From: an uncultured delta proteobacterium
GTDB lineage: Bacteria; Myxococcota; Myxococcia; Myxococcales; Myxococcaceae
Assembly (NCBI GenBank): GCA_963796055.1
Contig: CAWCKH010000004.1
Coordinates: forward strand, 3,104,001 to 3,168,000
Length of the DNA: 64,000 bases
Direction of reading: 5' to 3'
The notes under the pieces are model-generated. The model did not search any database. It saw only the letters and a program-made list of their open reading frames with translations, and was not told the DNA's origin. Position numbers and translations under genes: made by a program. Position 1 is the first letter of the stretch, and every line of letters starts with the position of its first letter. This document shows positions 46,178 to 56,304 of the stretch, in pieces.

Positions 46178-47437
46178 ATGCGGGTTCTGGTCCTGGGAAG
46201 TGGTGGGCGGGAGCACGCGCTCGCCTGGAAGCTGGCGCAGAGCCCGAGGCTCTCGGCGCTGATCTGCGCTCCGGGCAATCCGGGCACGGCCTCCATCGCC
46301 GAGAACTGGCCGGTGGCCGCCGAGCGTCCCGAGGCCGTGGTGGGGCTCGCCCGGGATGTCCGTGCGGACCTGGTGGTGGTCGGTCCGGAGGCCCCGCTGG
46401 TCGCTGGCGTGGCCGACGCGCTCCGGGCCGCGGGGATCTCGGTCTTCGGTCCCGACGCCGCAGCTGCGCGGCTCGAAGGCAGCAAGGCGTTCGCCAAGGA
46501 GGTGATGCTCGCCTCGGGAGTCCGCACGGCCGCCGGGCGGGCGTTCGCCTCGGCGCAGGAGGCGGAAGCCTGGGCCCGCCTCCGCGGTTCGGTGGTGGTG
46601 AAGGCGGACGGGCTCGCGGCAGGCAAGGGCGTCATCGTCGCCCGCGGCGTGGACGAGGCGGTGGAGGCGGTGCGCGCGCTCGCCGCGCTGGGCGAGGCGG
46701 GGCGCACCCTGGTGCTCGAGGAGGTGCTGGACGGCGAGGAGGTGAGTGTCATCGCGCTGTGCGACGGCGCCCGGTACGTGCTGCTCCCGCCGGCCCAGGA
46801 CCACAAGCGGCTCCTCGACGGGGACCAGGGCCCCAACACCGGGGGCATGGGCGCCTACTGTCCGGCGCCGGTGCTCGACGCGGTGGCGCTCGCCCGGGTG
46901 GGCGAGGAGGTCATCGCCCCGGTGCTCCGGACCATGACCGCACGCGGGACGCCGTTCCGGGGCGCGCTGTACGCCGGCCTGATGGTGGGGGAGGGCGGCC
47001 CGGCGGTGCTCGAGTTCAACGCCCGCTTCGGGGACCCGGAGGCACAGGTGGTGGCGATGTCGCTGGGGGAGGACCTGCTGCCCTGGCTCGACGCCTGCGC
47101 CCGCGGCACGCTCGTGCCCCGGCCGCTGGCGGTGCTGCCCGGCGCCTCGGTGGGCGTGGTGCTGGCCAGCCCGGGCTATCCGGCGGCCCCGGTGACCGGT
47201 GCCCGCATCTCGGGGGTGGACCGCATCGGCGGCAGCTGCCAGGTCTTCCACGCCGGCACCGCGCTGCGTGACGGGGCGCTGGTGACCGCCGGCGGCCGGG
47301 TGCTCACCGTGTGCGCCCGCGGGCCGACGCTGGCCGAGGCGCGGGCCAACGCCTACGGGGCGGTGAGCCGCATCTCCTTCGAGGGAATGCAGTTCCGGCG
47401 GGACATCGGCAGCAAGGGGCTCGGTTCGCGCGCGTGA
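46178..47437 (+). CDS. purD: phosphoribosylamine--glycine ligase
   Basis: GSGGREHAL, KADGLAAGKGV, QDHKR, GPNTGGMG, EFNARFGDPE. Confidence 0.97.
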   Translation: MRVLVLGSGGREHALAWKLAQSPRLSALICAPGNPGTASIAENWPVAAERPEAVVGLARDVRADLVVVGPEAPLVAGVADALRAAGISVFGPDAAAARLEGSKAFAKEVMLASGVRTAAGRAFASAQEAEAWARLRGSVVVKADGLAAGKGVIVARGVDEAVEAVRALAALGEAGRTLVLEEVLDGEEVSVIALCDGARYVLLPPAQDHKRLLDGDQGPNTGGMGAYCPAPVLDAVALARVGEEVIAPVLRTMTARGTPFRGALYAGLMVGEGGPAVLEFNARFGDPEAQVVAMSLGEDLLPWLDACARGTLVPRPLAVLPGASVGVVLASPGYPAAPVTGARISGVDRIGGSCQVFHAGTALRDGALVTAGGRVLTVCARGPTLAEARANAYGAVSRISFEGMQFRRDIGSKGLGSRA

Positions 47438-48558
47438 GGTGGCCCGAGCTCCCCCTGCTCGTCCGGTATCTGCTCCGCGAGCTGCTGGTCCCGCTCTCGC
47501 TGTGGGTGGTGTTCCTCTTCCTGCTGCTCTTCGTGATGCAGTTCCTCCGGGGCACCGAGGTGCTGCTCGGCTCGGCGATGACGCCCTGGGACTTCGTCAG
47601 GCTGGTGGTGCACCTGAGCCCGCACCTGCTCGTCATGTCGCTGCCGGTGGGCTTCCTGCTGGCCATCTTGCTCGGGCTCGGCCGCCTCGGGGAGGACCGC
47701 GAGCTGCTGGCCCTGCTCTCGCTGGGGGCCACGCCCTGGCAGCTGGCGCGGGTGCCGCTCGCGGTGGGTGGGGCGCTGGGGGTGCTGGTCCTGCTGCTCG
47801 CCTCGACCGCCGAGCCGTGGGGGCTGAAGCAGGTGAAGGTGCAGGTGAGCGAGGTCATCAAGCGAAACGTGCTCGGCGACGTCCGCCCGGGTGTCTTCTA
47901 CGAGGACCTGACCAATCTCACCCTCTACGCCCAGGAGGTGGACCGGGAGCGCGGGGTCTGGACCCACGTGCTGGTCCACGACGACCGGGACCCGCGGGCA
48001 CCACTGCTGGTGCTGGCGCACGAGGGGACGGTGAACCCCTCCGGCCGGGGTGCCTCGCTGTCGGTGGGCCTCCGGGCGGGCGAGGTGCACCGGGCCGAGC
48101 AGACCGGGACCGACTACGCCATCCTCACCTTTCGCGACGGCAACCTCTCGGTGGGCGTCGAGGACTCCATCCTCCGGAAGAACCACTTCCGCTCGCCGAA
48201 GGAGGAGCTCACCCCGCGAGAGCTGCTCGCCGCGGCCGACGAGGCGCGCGGCGGGGGGAGGAGCGCGGCCCCGTTCCTGACCGCGTTCCACGTCCGGCTG
48301 GCCCAGGGGCTGACCCCGCTGGCCTTCGCCCTGTTCGGGGTGCCGCTGGCCATGTCCTCGCGCGCAGCCAGGACGCGAGGCTATCTCCTCGCCCTGGGGG
48401 TCTACGTCGCCTACTACATCGTGGAGCGCAGCTTCGAGAACCTCGGCACCGCGGGACGGCTCGTGCCGTGGCTCTCCGGAATGGCACCCAATCTGGTGTT
48501 CGGCGCCTTCGGCACCTGGCTCTTCGTCCGGCTCACCCGCAAGGGGCTGGTGGCCTGA
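47434..48558 (+). CDS. lptF: LPS export ABC transporter permease LptF
   Basis: RYLLREL, GRLGEDREL, TM-periplasmic beta jellyroll-TM layout; first of the pair. Confidence 0.85.
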   Translation: MRWPELPLLVRYLLRELLVPLSLWVVFLFLLLFVMQFLRGTEVLLGSAMTPWDFVRLVVHLSPHLLVMSLPVGFLLAILLGLGRLGEDRELLALLSLGATPWQLARVPLAVGGALGVLVLLLASTAEPWGLKQVKVQVSEVIKRNVLGDVRPGVFYEDLTNLTLYAQEVDRERGVWTHVLVHDDRDPRAPLLVLAHEGTVNPSGRGASLSVGLRAGEVHRAEQTGTDYAILTFRDGNLSVGVEDSILRKNHFRSPKEELTPRELLAAADEARGGGRSAAPFLTAFHVRLAQGLTPLAFALFGVPLAMSSRAARTRGYLLALGVYVAYYIVERSFENLGTAGRLVPWLSGMAPNLVFGAFGTWLFVRLTRKGLVA

Positions 48559-49685
48559 TGCGCGGGCTCCTGGCGCGACATCTGCTGGTCCGCTACCTGG
48601 TCATCGTCGGCGCGGTGCTGGCGGGCCTGCTGGTGGTCTTCCTGGTGGCGGACTTCGTCGACCGCGCCCGCTCGTACACGGGGCCCAACTGGGTGCGGGA
48701 CGTGGCCGAGCTCTACGGGTGGAAGTCGGTGGTGGCGGCGCACCAGCTCGCCCCGGCTGCCCTGCTGCTGGCCAGCGCCGCGCTGGTCTCGCTGCTCCGG
48801 CGCCGCGGGGAGCTCACCGCCATCCTCGCCCTGGGGTTCGGGCGGAGGGTGCTCTTCCTGCCGGTGGCGGCGGTGGCGCTCGTCGCGGCGCTGGTGCTCG
48901 GGTTGCTCGACGAGTTCGTGGTGGGGCATGCCAGCCGGCGGGTGGACGAGATCACCGCGCTCCGCTTCCATCGCTGGGGCGACTGGCGGTCGTTCTACGA
49001 GCGCAAGCAGTGGTTCCGGCACGACGACCGCATCCTCCACCTCGAGGGCGGGGACGTGGAGTCGGGCTTCCGGGGCGTCACCGTGCTCCGCCTCACCCCG
49101 GACTTCGACCTCGCCGAGCGGGTGGACGCGCAGCGGATGGAGCACGCCGGCGGCACCCGGTGGCGGCTGGTGGGGGTGACGCGGCGGGTGTTCGACCGGC
49201 GGGGTGGCCTGAAGCTGACCACGCTCCCGGAGGAGACGCTGGACCTGGGCATCACCCGGGCGCTGCTGGGCATCCGGCCGGGGCGGCCCGAGCAGATGCG
49301 GGTCCCCGTCCTCCGGCAGCAGATCCGCGCGCGGCGGGAGGTGGGCCTCTCCGACCGGCTGTATCTCCTGGCGCTGGGCAATCGCTTCACCTACCCGCTG
49401 GCCGGCGTTCCAGCGGCGCTGCTGGCCCTGGTGCTCGCGATGCGCCCCGGCCGCGGCGGCTCGCTGACCGGAGCGCTGGTGGAGGGGCTGGCGGTCACCA
49501 TGGGCCTGTGGGGCCTCACGGTCATCGCCCGGGCGCTGGTGAACGCCGGACGCATCGCCCCGCTGTTCGCCGCCGCGGTTCCGCTGCTCGCGCTCAGCCT
49601 GGCCCTGGTGGCGCTGCTCTGGGTCCCCCCCGGAGCAGGTCGGCGGGTCCTCCGGCGGGGAGGGTGGTCCGGGGCGCGGGCGTGA
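48558..49685 (+). CDS. lptG: LPS export ABC transporter permease LptG
   Basis: LRRRGELTAILALG, same layout, TGATG coupling to lptF. Confidence 0.85.
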   Translation: MRGLLARHLLVRYLVIVGAVLAGLLVVFLVADFVDRARSYTGPNWVRDVAELYGWKSVVAAHQLAPAALLLASAALVSLLRRRGELTAILALGFGRRVLFLPVAAVALVAALVLGLLDEFVVGHASRRVDEITALRFHRWGDWRSFYERKQWFRHDDRILHLEGGDVESGFRGVTVLRLTPDFDLAERVDAQRMEHAGGTRWRLVGVTRRVFDRRGGLKLTTLPEETLDLGITRALLGIRPGRPEQMRVPVLRQQIRARREVGLSDRLYLLALGNRFTYPLAGVPAALLALVLAMRPGRGGSLTGALVEGLAVTMGLWGLTVIARALVNAGRIAPLFAAAVPLLALSLALVALLWVPPGAGRRVLRRGGWSGARA

Positions 49686-50986
49686 GCCCGGCGCGGGTCG
49701 CCACGGTGCTGGTGGCCGGCTGGGCCGCCGCGTTCTGGCTGGCGGAGGGGCTGCTCCAGGCGGTGGCGGACGTCGCGCTGGTCGCCTCGGCGGTGCTCGT
49801 CCTCCGCGGCGCATCCCTTCCGGGCGAGGCCAGGCTTCCGGCCGGTGCGGCGCTCGGGCTCGCCGGGTGGCAGGCACTCTCGCCGCTCGTGGCGCGTGCG
49901 TTCGGCGCCCCGGCGTTCCCCCCGGCCGCGCTGTGGCTGCACTGCCTCGACACCGCCGCCCTCGCCGCCGCGGCGCTCCTCTCGGCGCAGGTCGTCCGCT
50001 GGACCTGGCCCGAGGCGCTCTTCCTCGCCGGGGGTTTGCTCTCGCTCGGGCTCTCGGCGGTGCAGCACCTCGTCCGCTGGTCCGTCCCCGTCCCGCGGTT
50101 CCTGCGGCTTCCCGTCGACCGGGTGCACGAGACGTTCGGCGGCGAGGACCGTTACGCGGCGGGCGGGTTCTTCTTCCACCGTCTCCGGCTGGCCCACGCC
50201 TCCATTGCCGCGCTCGGCCCGGCAGTGGCCACCGCGCTCCGTCCCGCTGCGGCCCGGACCCGGGCGCTGGCCGCTGCGCTGGCGTTCGCCTGCGTGGGGT
50301 GCATCGTCTTCGCCTACGCCCGGGCGGCGCTCCTCACCGCGGTCCTGCTCGTGCTCCTGGCCGGAGTGGTGGTCACCCGGAGCGCACGCGTCCGGACCGC
50401 GGTGGGCGCGCTGGTGCTCGCGGTGGCGGTGGCGGCGCTGGCGAGCCCGGGTTGGCACGTCCGGCTGGGCCAGGGGGCCGAGAACTTCGTCGGAGGGGAG
50501 CGGGCGCTGGCGCGGGCCGCGGGGTGGGACCTGGTCCACCAGCACCCGTGGCTGGGGGTGGGCTACGGCAACTACCGGACGGCGGCGCTCGCCCGGCGGG
50601 AGGTCACCGGCATCACCGACATGCTCTCGCGGGACGCGCACTCCATCGCCCTCACCGTCTGGGCGGAGACGGGGCTCCCCGGCCTCATGCTGTGGGTGCT
50701 GCTCCACGCCGCGCTCCTTCGCGTGCTGCTCCTCCGGGCACGCGGCGGGAACACGGTGGCCCTGGGAGCGGCGCTCTCCTGGGTGGGGTACCAGACCCTG
50801 GGCATCGCCCACTACCTGCCGTTCCACCCCAGTGCGGCCCTCGGGTTCGCGCTCGTCTGGGGCGTGGGCCTGGTGCGCCCCGGCTCACAGGGCCGATCGG
50901 TAGAGCGCGAGGGTATGGCGGGCGCAGCGGTCCCAGGTGAAGGCCCGGGCGCGCTCGCGGCCGGCGGAGGCCCAGCGGGCGCGTAG
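49682..50986 (+). CDS. waaL: O-antigen ligase family protein
   Basis: Multi-TM; ARAA, HPWLGVGYGNY, DAHSIAL..WAETGLPG. Confidence 0.8.
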   Translation: MSPARVATVLVAGWAAAFWLAEGLLQAVADVALVASAVLVLRGASLPGEARLPAGAALGLAGWQALSPLVARAFGAPAFPPAALWLHCLDTAALAAAALLSAQVVRWTWPEALFLAGGLLSLGLSAVQHLVRWSVPVPRFLRLPVDRVHETFGGEDRYAAGGFFFHRLRLAHASIAALGPAVATALRPAAARTRALAAALAFACVGCIVFAYARAALLTAVLLVLLAGVVVTRSARVRTAVGALVLAVAVAALASPGWHVRLGQGAENFVGGERALARAAGWDLVHQHPWLGVGYGNYRTAALARREVTGITDMLSRDAHSIALTVWAETGLPGLMLWVLLHAALLRVLLLRARGGNTVALGAALSWVGYQTLGIAHYLPFHPSAALGFALVWGVGLVRPGSQGRSVEREGMAGAAVPGEGPGALAAGGGPAGA

Positions 50987-51950
50987 CAGCGGGTCACCGA
51001 CGAGGGCGTTGCTCGCGGCGATCCACGCCTCGGGGACGTCGGGATCCAGCAGCTCGGCGGCACCGCCGGTCACCTCGGGAAGGGCGCCGGCGCTGGCGGC
51101 GAGGACCGGCGTGCCAGTGGCCATCGCCTCGAGCGCGGGCAGTCCGAAGCCCTCGTGGCGCGAGGGGAGCAGCAGGGCCTCGGCCCCGCCGTAGAGCGCC
51201 GGCAGGTGCGCCTCGTCCACCCCGGTGAGCACCCGGGTGGGCCGGGGGAAGACGCGCGCAGCAGCGTCGCCGGCCAGCAGCACCAGCGGGACGGGGAGCC
51301 GGGTGGCGATGCGCACCAGGAGGGCGAGGTTCTTGTGCGGCTTGGGGTTGCCCACCGCCAGGAGGTAGCGCGGCGGCAAGCCCAGCCGTGCCCGGATCTG
51401 GAGCCGCTCCTCGGCGGAGGGGGGCCGGAAGCGCGCGTCCACCCCGGGAGGGACGACGGTCCAGCGCGACTCGGGGACCGCCAGCCGTCTGGCGAGCTCG
51501 CCGCGCGCGAACTCGGACACGGTGAGCAGCCCCCGGGCGCGGCGCACCGTCGGGCGCACCACCACCCGGTAGTACAGGGCGGTGAGTCGCCCGAACTCCT
51601 CGCTCCTGACGAGGTGGGCGGCGTCGTGCAGGGTCGCCACCAGCGGCCCGTGCCAGAGGAGCGGCACCGAGAACGAGGTCGCATGGAAGAGGTCCGGCCG
51701 GAGCCGGCGCAGGACGGCGGCGAGCGCGGGCTGCTCGAGCGGGGAGAGGAACCCGGCGGGGGAGGCGTGCACCGGAAAGCCCGGGGCGAGCGGTCCGAGG
51801 TCCGGCAGGCCGCCTGGCGGACCGAGGCCCTCGAATGCCAGAATCTGGCGCGAGCGCGGGGAGCACCCGGGCCAGCTCCAGCGCGTACCGGGCGATGCCG
51901 TGCAGCCGGCCGGACACCATCCGAAGATCGATGAGCACCCGGGAGGCCAT
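50885..51950 (-). CDS. GT4 glycosyltransferase with one +1 frameshift (~51842)
   Basis: HGIARYALEL N-terminus joins TLHD, PHKN and EGFGLPALEAM when one T of GATTCTG is removed (354 aa). Confidence 0.8.
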
Positions 51951-52000
51951 CTAGAGCCGCCGGGGCATGCTACACCCCATCGGCCCGAACGCCCTTCCTG

Positions 52001-53131
52001 ATGCGCGTCGCTCTCGTCCATGACTGGCTCACCGGGCGCCGCGGCGGAGAGCTGGTGCTCGCCCAGCTGGTGCGGCTCTTCCCCGACTCGGAGATCTTCA
52101 CCCTGCTGCACGTGCCGGGGAGCGTCGGGCCGGACGTGGAGTCGCGGCCGATCCACACCTCGCCGCTGCAGCGGCTGCCCGGAATCGCGCACCGCTACCG
52201 GGCCGCGCTGCCCCTGATGCCGGCGGCGCTGCGCTTCCTCGACACCCGCGGGTTCGACCTGGTCGTCTCCTCCAGCCACTGCGTGGCCAAGGGGGCGCGG
52301 GTGGCGCCGGGGACGCCGCACCTGGCCTACGTCCACTCGCCCATGCGTTACATGTGGGACCAGTTCGACGTCTACTTCGGTCCCGGCCGGGCGAGCCTCC
52401 CGGTCAGGCTCGCGGCGGCGGTGAGCCGTCCGGCGCTGCAGGCCTGGGACCGGCGCACCGCGGCCGACCCGGATGTGCTGGTGGCCAACAGCCACCACGT
52501 CGCCCGGCGCATCGCGCGGTTCTGGGGCCGCGAGGCGGAGGTCATCCACCCGCCGGTGGACCTCGCCCGCTTCGGGACTCGGTCCCCCGCAGCGGGCCGG
52601 GGCGGGTACTTCCTCTGGCTCGGGGCGCTCGCGCCCTACAAGCGGGTGGACCTCGCGGTGGAGGCCTTCCGCCGGACGGGGCAGGCGCTGTGGATCGCCG
52701 GCGACGGGCAGGACGCGCGGCTGCTCCGCTCGGGGCTCCCCCCCAACGTCCGCTGGCTCGGGAAGGTGCCCGACGCCGAGGTGCCGGAGCTGTACCGAGG
52801 AGCGCGGGCGCTGGTCTTCCCGGGCGAGGAGGACTTCGGCATCGCCCCGCTCGAGGCGCTCGCCTCCGGCCGCCCGGTCATCGCCCTCGGCCGGGGCGGG
52901 GCCCTGGAGACCCTCACCCCCGAGACGGGACTGTTCTTCGACGGCCCGACGCCGGAGGCCCTGGTCGACGCGCTGGGGCGGTTCGAGGCGTTCGAGCGCG
53001 GCTTCGAGCCCGCGGCCGCCCGTGAGCGCGCCGGGCTCTTCTCCGAGGAGCGCTTCCGGGCGGCCATCCGTTCGAGGGTGGACGCGCTGTTCGCGGGTCG
53101 TCCCGACCTGCCCACGCGAGTTCCGTGGTAG
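52001..53131 (+). CDS. GT4 glycosyltransferase
   Basis: VHDWLTGRRGGE, SSSHCVAK, YKRVDLA, EDFGIAPLEA. Confidence 0.92.
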   Translation: MRVALVHDWLTGRRGGELVLAQLVRLFPDSEIFTLLHVPGSVGPDVESRPIHTSPLQRLPGIAHRYRAALPLMPAALRFLDTRGFDLVVSSSHCVAKGARVAPGTPHLAYVHSPMRYMWDQFDVYFGPGRASLPVRLAAAVSRPALQAWDRRTAADPDVLVANSHHVARRIARFWGREAEVIHPPVDLARFGTRSPAAGRGGYFLWLGALAPYKRVDLAVEAFRRTGQALWIAGDGQDARLLRSGLPPNVRWLGKVPDAEVPELYRGARALVFPGEEDFGIAPLEALASGRPVIALGRGGALETLTPETGLFFDGPTPEALVDALGRFEAFERGFEPAAARERAGLFSEERFRAAIRSRVDALFAGRPDLPTRVPW

Positions 53132-53140
53132 GGCAGGGAC

Positions 53141-54526
53141 GTGTTCAACCGGCTGCAGCGGTTCTGGACATCGATCAAGGTCGCCATCGACGTCGCGATG
53201 CTCACCCTCGCGTTCGCCCTGGCATACGCGACGCGCTTCGACGCCTTCACCGCGACGAGGCCGCCGCTGCGCGAGACGCTGGTGACCCTGGCGCTGGTCC
53301 TGGTGCTGTTCCCGGTGGCCTACCGCCAGTCCCGCCTCTACGCCACCAACCGGGTGCGGACGCACCTGGAGGAGGTCTTCGAGCTCTTCAAGGCCACCAT
53401 CACCGGGAGCCTGGTCCTGGTCGCCCTCACCTACTTCGGTCGCGAGCGGTACTCGCGGCTCACCCTGTTCTTCTTCGCCGGCTACTCTTTCGTCCTGGTG
53501 GCGGCGACGCGGGTCGCCTTCCGGATGTGGCTCGAGTCGCTGCGCCGGAAGGGCCTGAACCTCAAGTCCATCCTTCTGGTGGGGGCGGGGGAGCTGGGGG
53601 AGCGGGTGGTGGAGACCATCGAGCACCACCGAGAGCTCGGCTTCCGGGTGACGGGGGTGCTCTCCCGGGACCTCCTGCTCCCCGGGACCACGGTGCGGGG
53701 CGCGCCGGTGATCGGCACCACGGACGAGCTGGAGCGGGTGCTCGGCCAGCAGAGCGTGGATCAGGTCATCCTCGCCCTGCCGTCGGAGGACATGTCGCTG
53801 ATGAAGTCGCTGATGGAACGGCTGGCGCTGCACACGGTGGACGTGAAGATCGTCCCCGACCTCTTCCAGTACGTGACGCTCTATGGCGGGCTGGAGGAGT
53901 TCGGCGGGCTGCCCATCGTCAGCCTGCAGGGCGGGCCGCTCGAGGGCTGGAACCTGGTGGCCAAGCGCGCCTTCGACGTCCTGTTCTCGGCGGTGGCGCT
54001 GCTGCTGGTCTCACCGGTGATGCTCGGGGTCGTCCTGGCGGTGAAGCTGACCAGCCGCGGGCCGATGCTCTACCGGCAAGAGCGGATGGGCATGGACGGA
54101 GCGGTGTTCTCCATCCTCAAGTTCCGCACCATGCGGACGGACTCCGAGCCGGCGGGGCCGCGGATGGCCACCGCCGGGGACGACCGGCGCACCCCGGTGG
54201 GGGCCTTTCTCCGCCGGACCTCGCTCGACGAGCTGCCGCAGCTGTTCAACGTGCTGCGCGGGGACATGAGCCTGGTCGGTCCACGCCCCGAGCGGCCGGT
54301 CTTCATCGAGGAGTTCAAGCGGCAGATCCCCAAGTACCACCTGCGCCACAAGGTGAAGGCCGGCATCACCGGCTGGGCGCAGATCAACGGGCTCCGGGGG
54401 CAGACGTCGATCCAGAAGCGGATCGAGTACGACCTCTACTACATCGAGAACTGGTCGCTGCTGCTGGACCTGAAGATTCTGGTCCGCACGGCGCTGGGCG
54501 GGTTCCTGTCGCGCAACGCGTACTGA
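53141..54526 (+). CDS. wbaP: undecaprenyl-phosphate hexose-1-phosphate transferase (WbaP/WcaJ type)
   Basis: KRAFD, KFRTM, SLDELPQLFNVLRGDMSLVGPRPE, GITGWAQING, DLYYIENWS. Confidence 0.9.
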   Translation: MFNRLQRFWTSIKVAIDVAMLTLAFALAYATRFDAFTATRPPLRETLVTLALVLVLFPVAYRQSRLYATNRVRTHLEEVFELFKATITGSLVLVALTYFGRERYSRLTLFFFAGYSFVLVAATRVAFRMWLESLRRKGLNLKSILLVGAGELGERVVETIEHHRELGFRVTGVLSRDLLLPGTTVRGAPVIGTTDELERVLGQQSVDQVILALPSEDMSLMKSLMERLALHTVDVKIVPDLFQYVTLYGGLEEFGGLPIVSLQGGPLEGWNLVAKRAFDVLFSAVALLLVSPVMLGVVLAVKLTSRGPMLYRQERMGMDGAVFSILKFRTMRTDSEPAGPRMATAGDDRRTPVGAFLRRTSLDELPQLFNVLRGDMSLVGPRPERPVFIEEFKRQIPKYHLRHKVKAGITGWAQINGLRGQTSIQKRIEYDLYYIENWSLLLDLKILVRTALGGFLSRNAY

Positions 54527-54682
54527 GCGGCGAGAGGGGCGCTACCGGGGGACGGGCGAGCGTCCCTCGGTCGAGGGCCGAGCGCGGTCCGCTTGAGGTA
54601 CGCTCGGCCGCCTTCGGGTCAGGGGGCCCAGGGCGTGAGGTCGTTCGGCGACACAGCCAAGTCGGGCCCCGGAGCAGGGGCG

Positions 54683-56299
54683 GTGAAGGTCGGGGCGCTC
54701 GCCCACACCTCCGAGCTGCTGGTCCTCGGGGTGGTCTACGTCATCTCGGCGCGGCTGGGGCTGTCGCTGGGCCCGGTGAGCGGGTTCGCCGCGCTGGTCT
54801 GGCCACCGACCGGGATCGCCCTGGCCGCCTTGCTCCTCCGGGGCGTCCGCGTCTGGCCGGCGGTGACGCTCGGAGCCGTCGTGGCCAACGTCTTGACCGG
54901 AGCCAGCTTCTGGGTGGCATTGGGGATCGGGATCGGGAACACGCTGGAGGCGGTTCTGGCGGTATCCCTCCTCAAGCGCTTCACGGGCTTTCGTCTTGGC
55001 CTGGACCGCCTGGGCGACGTCGTCGCGCTGGTCACCCTCGCTGCCGGCCTGAGCACCATCGTCAGCGCGTCGCTCGGGGTGCTGGCGCTCCGGGCGGGGG
55101 GCATCGTCCAGCCCGGCCATGTCGGCGACACCTGGCGAGCGTGGTGGGTGGGAGACGCTCTGGGCGATCTGGTCGTGGCTCCGGTCCTGCTGACCTGGAG
55201 CGCCCTGGGTGGGATGACCCTCTCACCTCGACGGCTCCTCGAGGCGGTGGCGCTGGCGGTGGCTTCGGTGGGGCTGAGCTGCTTCCTGTTCCTGGTCGGT
55301 CCACCTCTGGATCCGGCTCCTTTCCGACAGGTCTACATGCTGTTCCCGGTCCTGATCTGGGCGGCGATCCGCTTTGGACCGAGGGGCGGAACGGCGACCA
55401 TTCTGATCATCTCCGTCTTCGCGATCTGGGGGACGCTCGTCGGCCACGGTCCATTCGTCGGCCAGACGCTGGGCTCGAGCCTCCTGAAGCTCCAGCTCTT
55501 CATGGCAGTGGCAGCCCTCACCACCCTCGTGCTGGCGGCAACCAGCGCGGAGCGTCTGGAAGCCCTGAAGGCGGAGAAGGAGATCCTGGCCATCGTTTCC
55601 CATGACATGAAGAACCCGCTGGGAGCCCTGCGAATCACCGCCCGGAATCTCCTGAAGCGGCCCTCCTCCGAGCTCGGTCCCGCTGCGCGCAAGCAAGGCG
55701 AGTTCATCGCCAGGTGTGCCCAGCGGATGGAATCGCTGATCACCAATCTCCTGGATGCGGCGACGATTCGCACCGGCCACCTGTCGCTGGTCCGCGAGCC
55801 ACAGGATCTGAGCGCGCTGATCAACGACGCCGCAGAGACTCTCCGGCCACTGCTGGAGGAGAAGTCACAGACCCTCAGGCTCGAGGTGCCGCCGGTCATC
55901 CAGGTGAATGCAGACCGGGAGCGCCTGCTTCAGGTCCTTTCCAATCTCCTGGGCAACGCCAGCAAGTTCGCTCCGCCCGAGGGGCACATCACCGCCAGGG
56001 CGACGGTGATCGACGGGTGGGCGCATTGCTTCATCTCGGATGATGGCCCCGGCATCGAGCCGGAGGAGCTCGATCAGGTCTTCGAGCCGTACTGGAGTGG
56101 AGCCACGGGGAAGGGCACGGGGCTGGGCCTCTCGATCGTCAAGGGCATCGTCGAGGCGCATGGCGGAAGGACGTCGATCGAGAGCAAGCCCGGGTCGGGC
56201 ACGACCATCGCCTTCGTCCTCCCCCTTACCTCGGGGGCGCCCTCCTCTCCCGCAGTGCTGATGCCGAGAGTCCTGTCGCGGCGCCCGAAGGAGGGATGA
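54683..56299 (+). CDS. MASE1 domain sensor histidine kinase
   Basis: VWPPTGI, WWVGDALG, WAAIRFG; SHDMKNPL H-box, NLLGNASKF, DDGPGI, GTGLGL; start approximate. Confidence 0.92.
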   Translation: MKVGALAHTSELLVLGVVYVISARLGLSLGPVSGFAALVWPPTGIALAALLLRGVRVWPAVTLGAVVANVLTGASFWVALGIGIGNTLEAVLAVSLLKRFTGFRLGLDRLGDVVALVTLAAGLSTIVSASLGVLALRAGGIVQPGHVGDTWRAWWVGDALGDLVVAPVLLTWSALGGMTLSPRRLLEAVALAVASVGLSCFLFLVGPPLDPAPFRQVYMLFPVLIWAAIRFGPRGGTATILIISVFAIWGTLVGHGPFVGQTLGSSLLKLQLFMAVAALTTLVLAATSAERLEALKAEKEILAIVSHDMKNPLGALRITARNLLKRPSSELGPAARKQGEFIARCAQRMESLITNLLDAATIRTGHLSLVREPQDLSALINDAAETLRPLLEEKSQTLRLEVPPVIQVNADRERLLQVLSNLLGNASKFAPPEGHITARATVIDGWAHCFISDDGPGIEPEELDQVFEPYWSGATGKGTGLGLSIVKGIVEAHGGRTSIESKPGSGTTIAFVLPLTSGAPSSPAVLMPRVLSRRPKEG

Positions 56300-56304
56300 G
56301 ACCC

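Noticed and set aside
43138..46848. 1236-aa minus-strand ORF (likewise 2780..4735 +, 8055..9710 +, most of 50885..53833 -, 57749..60073 -)
   Set aside because: Antisense shadows of real high-GC genes; stop codons are rare opposite GC3-rich coding sequence and no motifs are present.
50885..50986. ~100-bp convergent overlap of waaL and GT4 as an antisense regulatory device
   Set aside because: The waaL tail is low-complexity run-on typical of stop-poor GC-rich DNA; nothing else supports a function.
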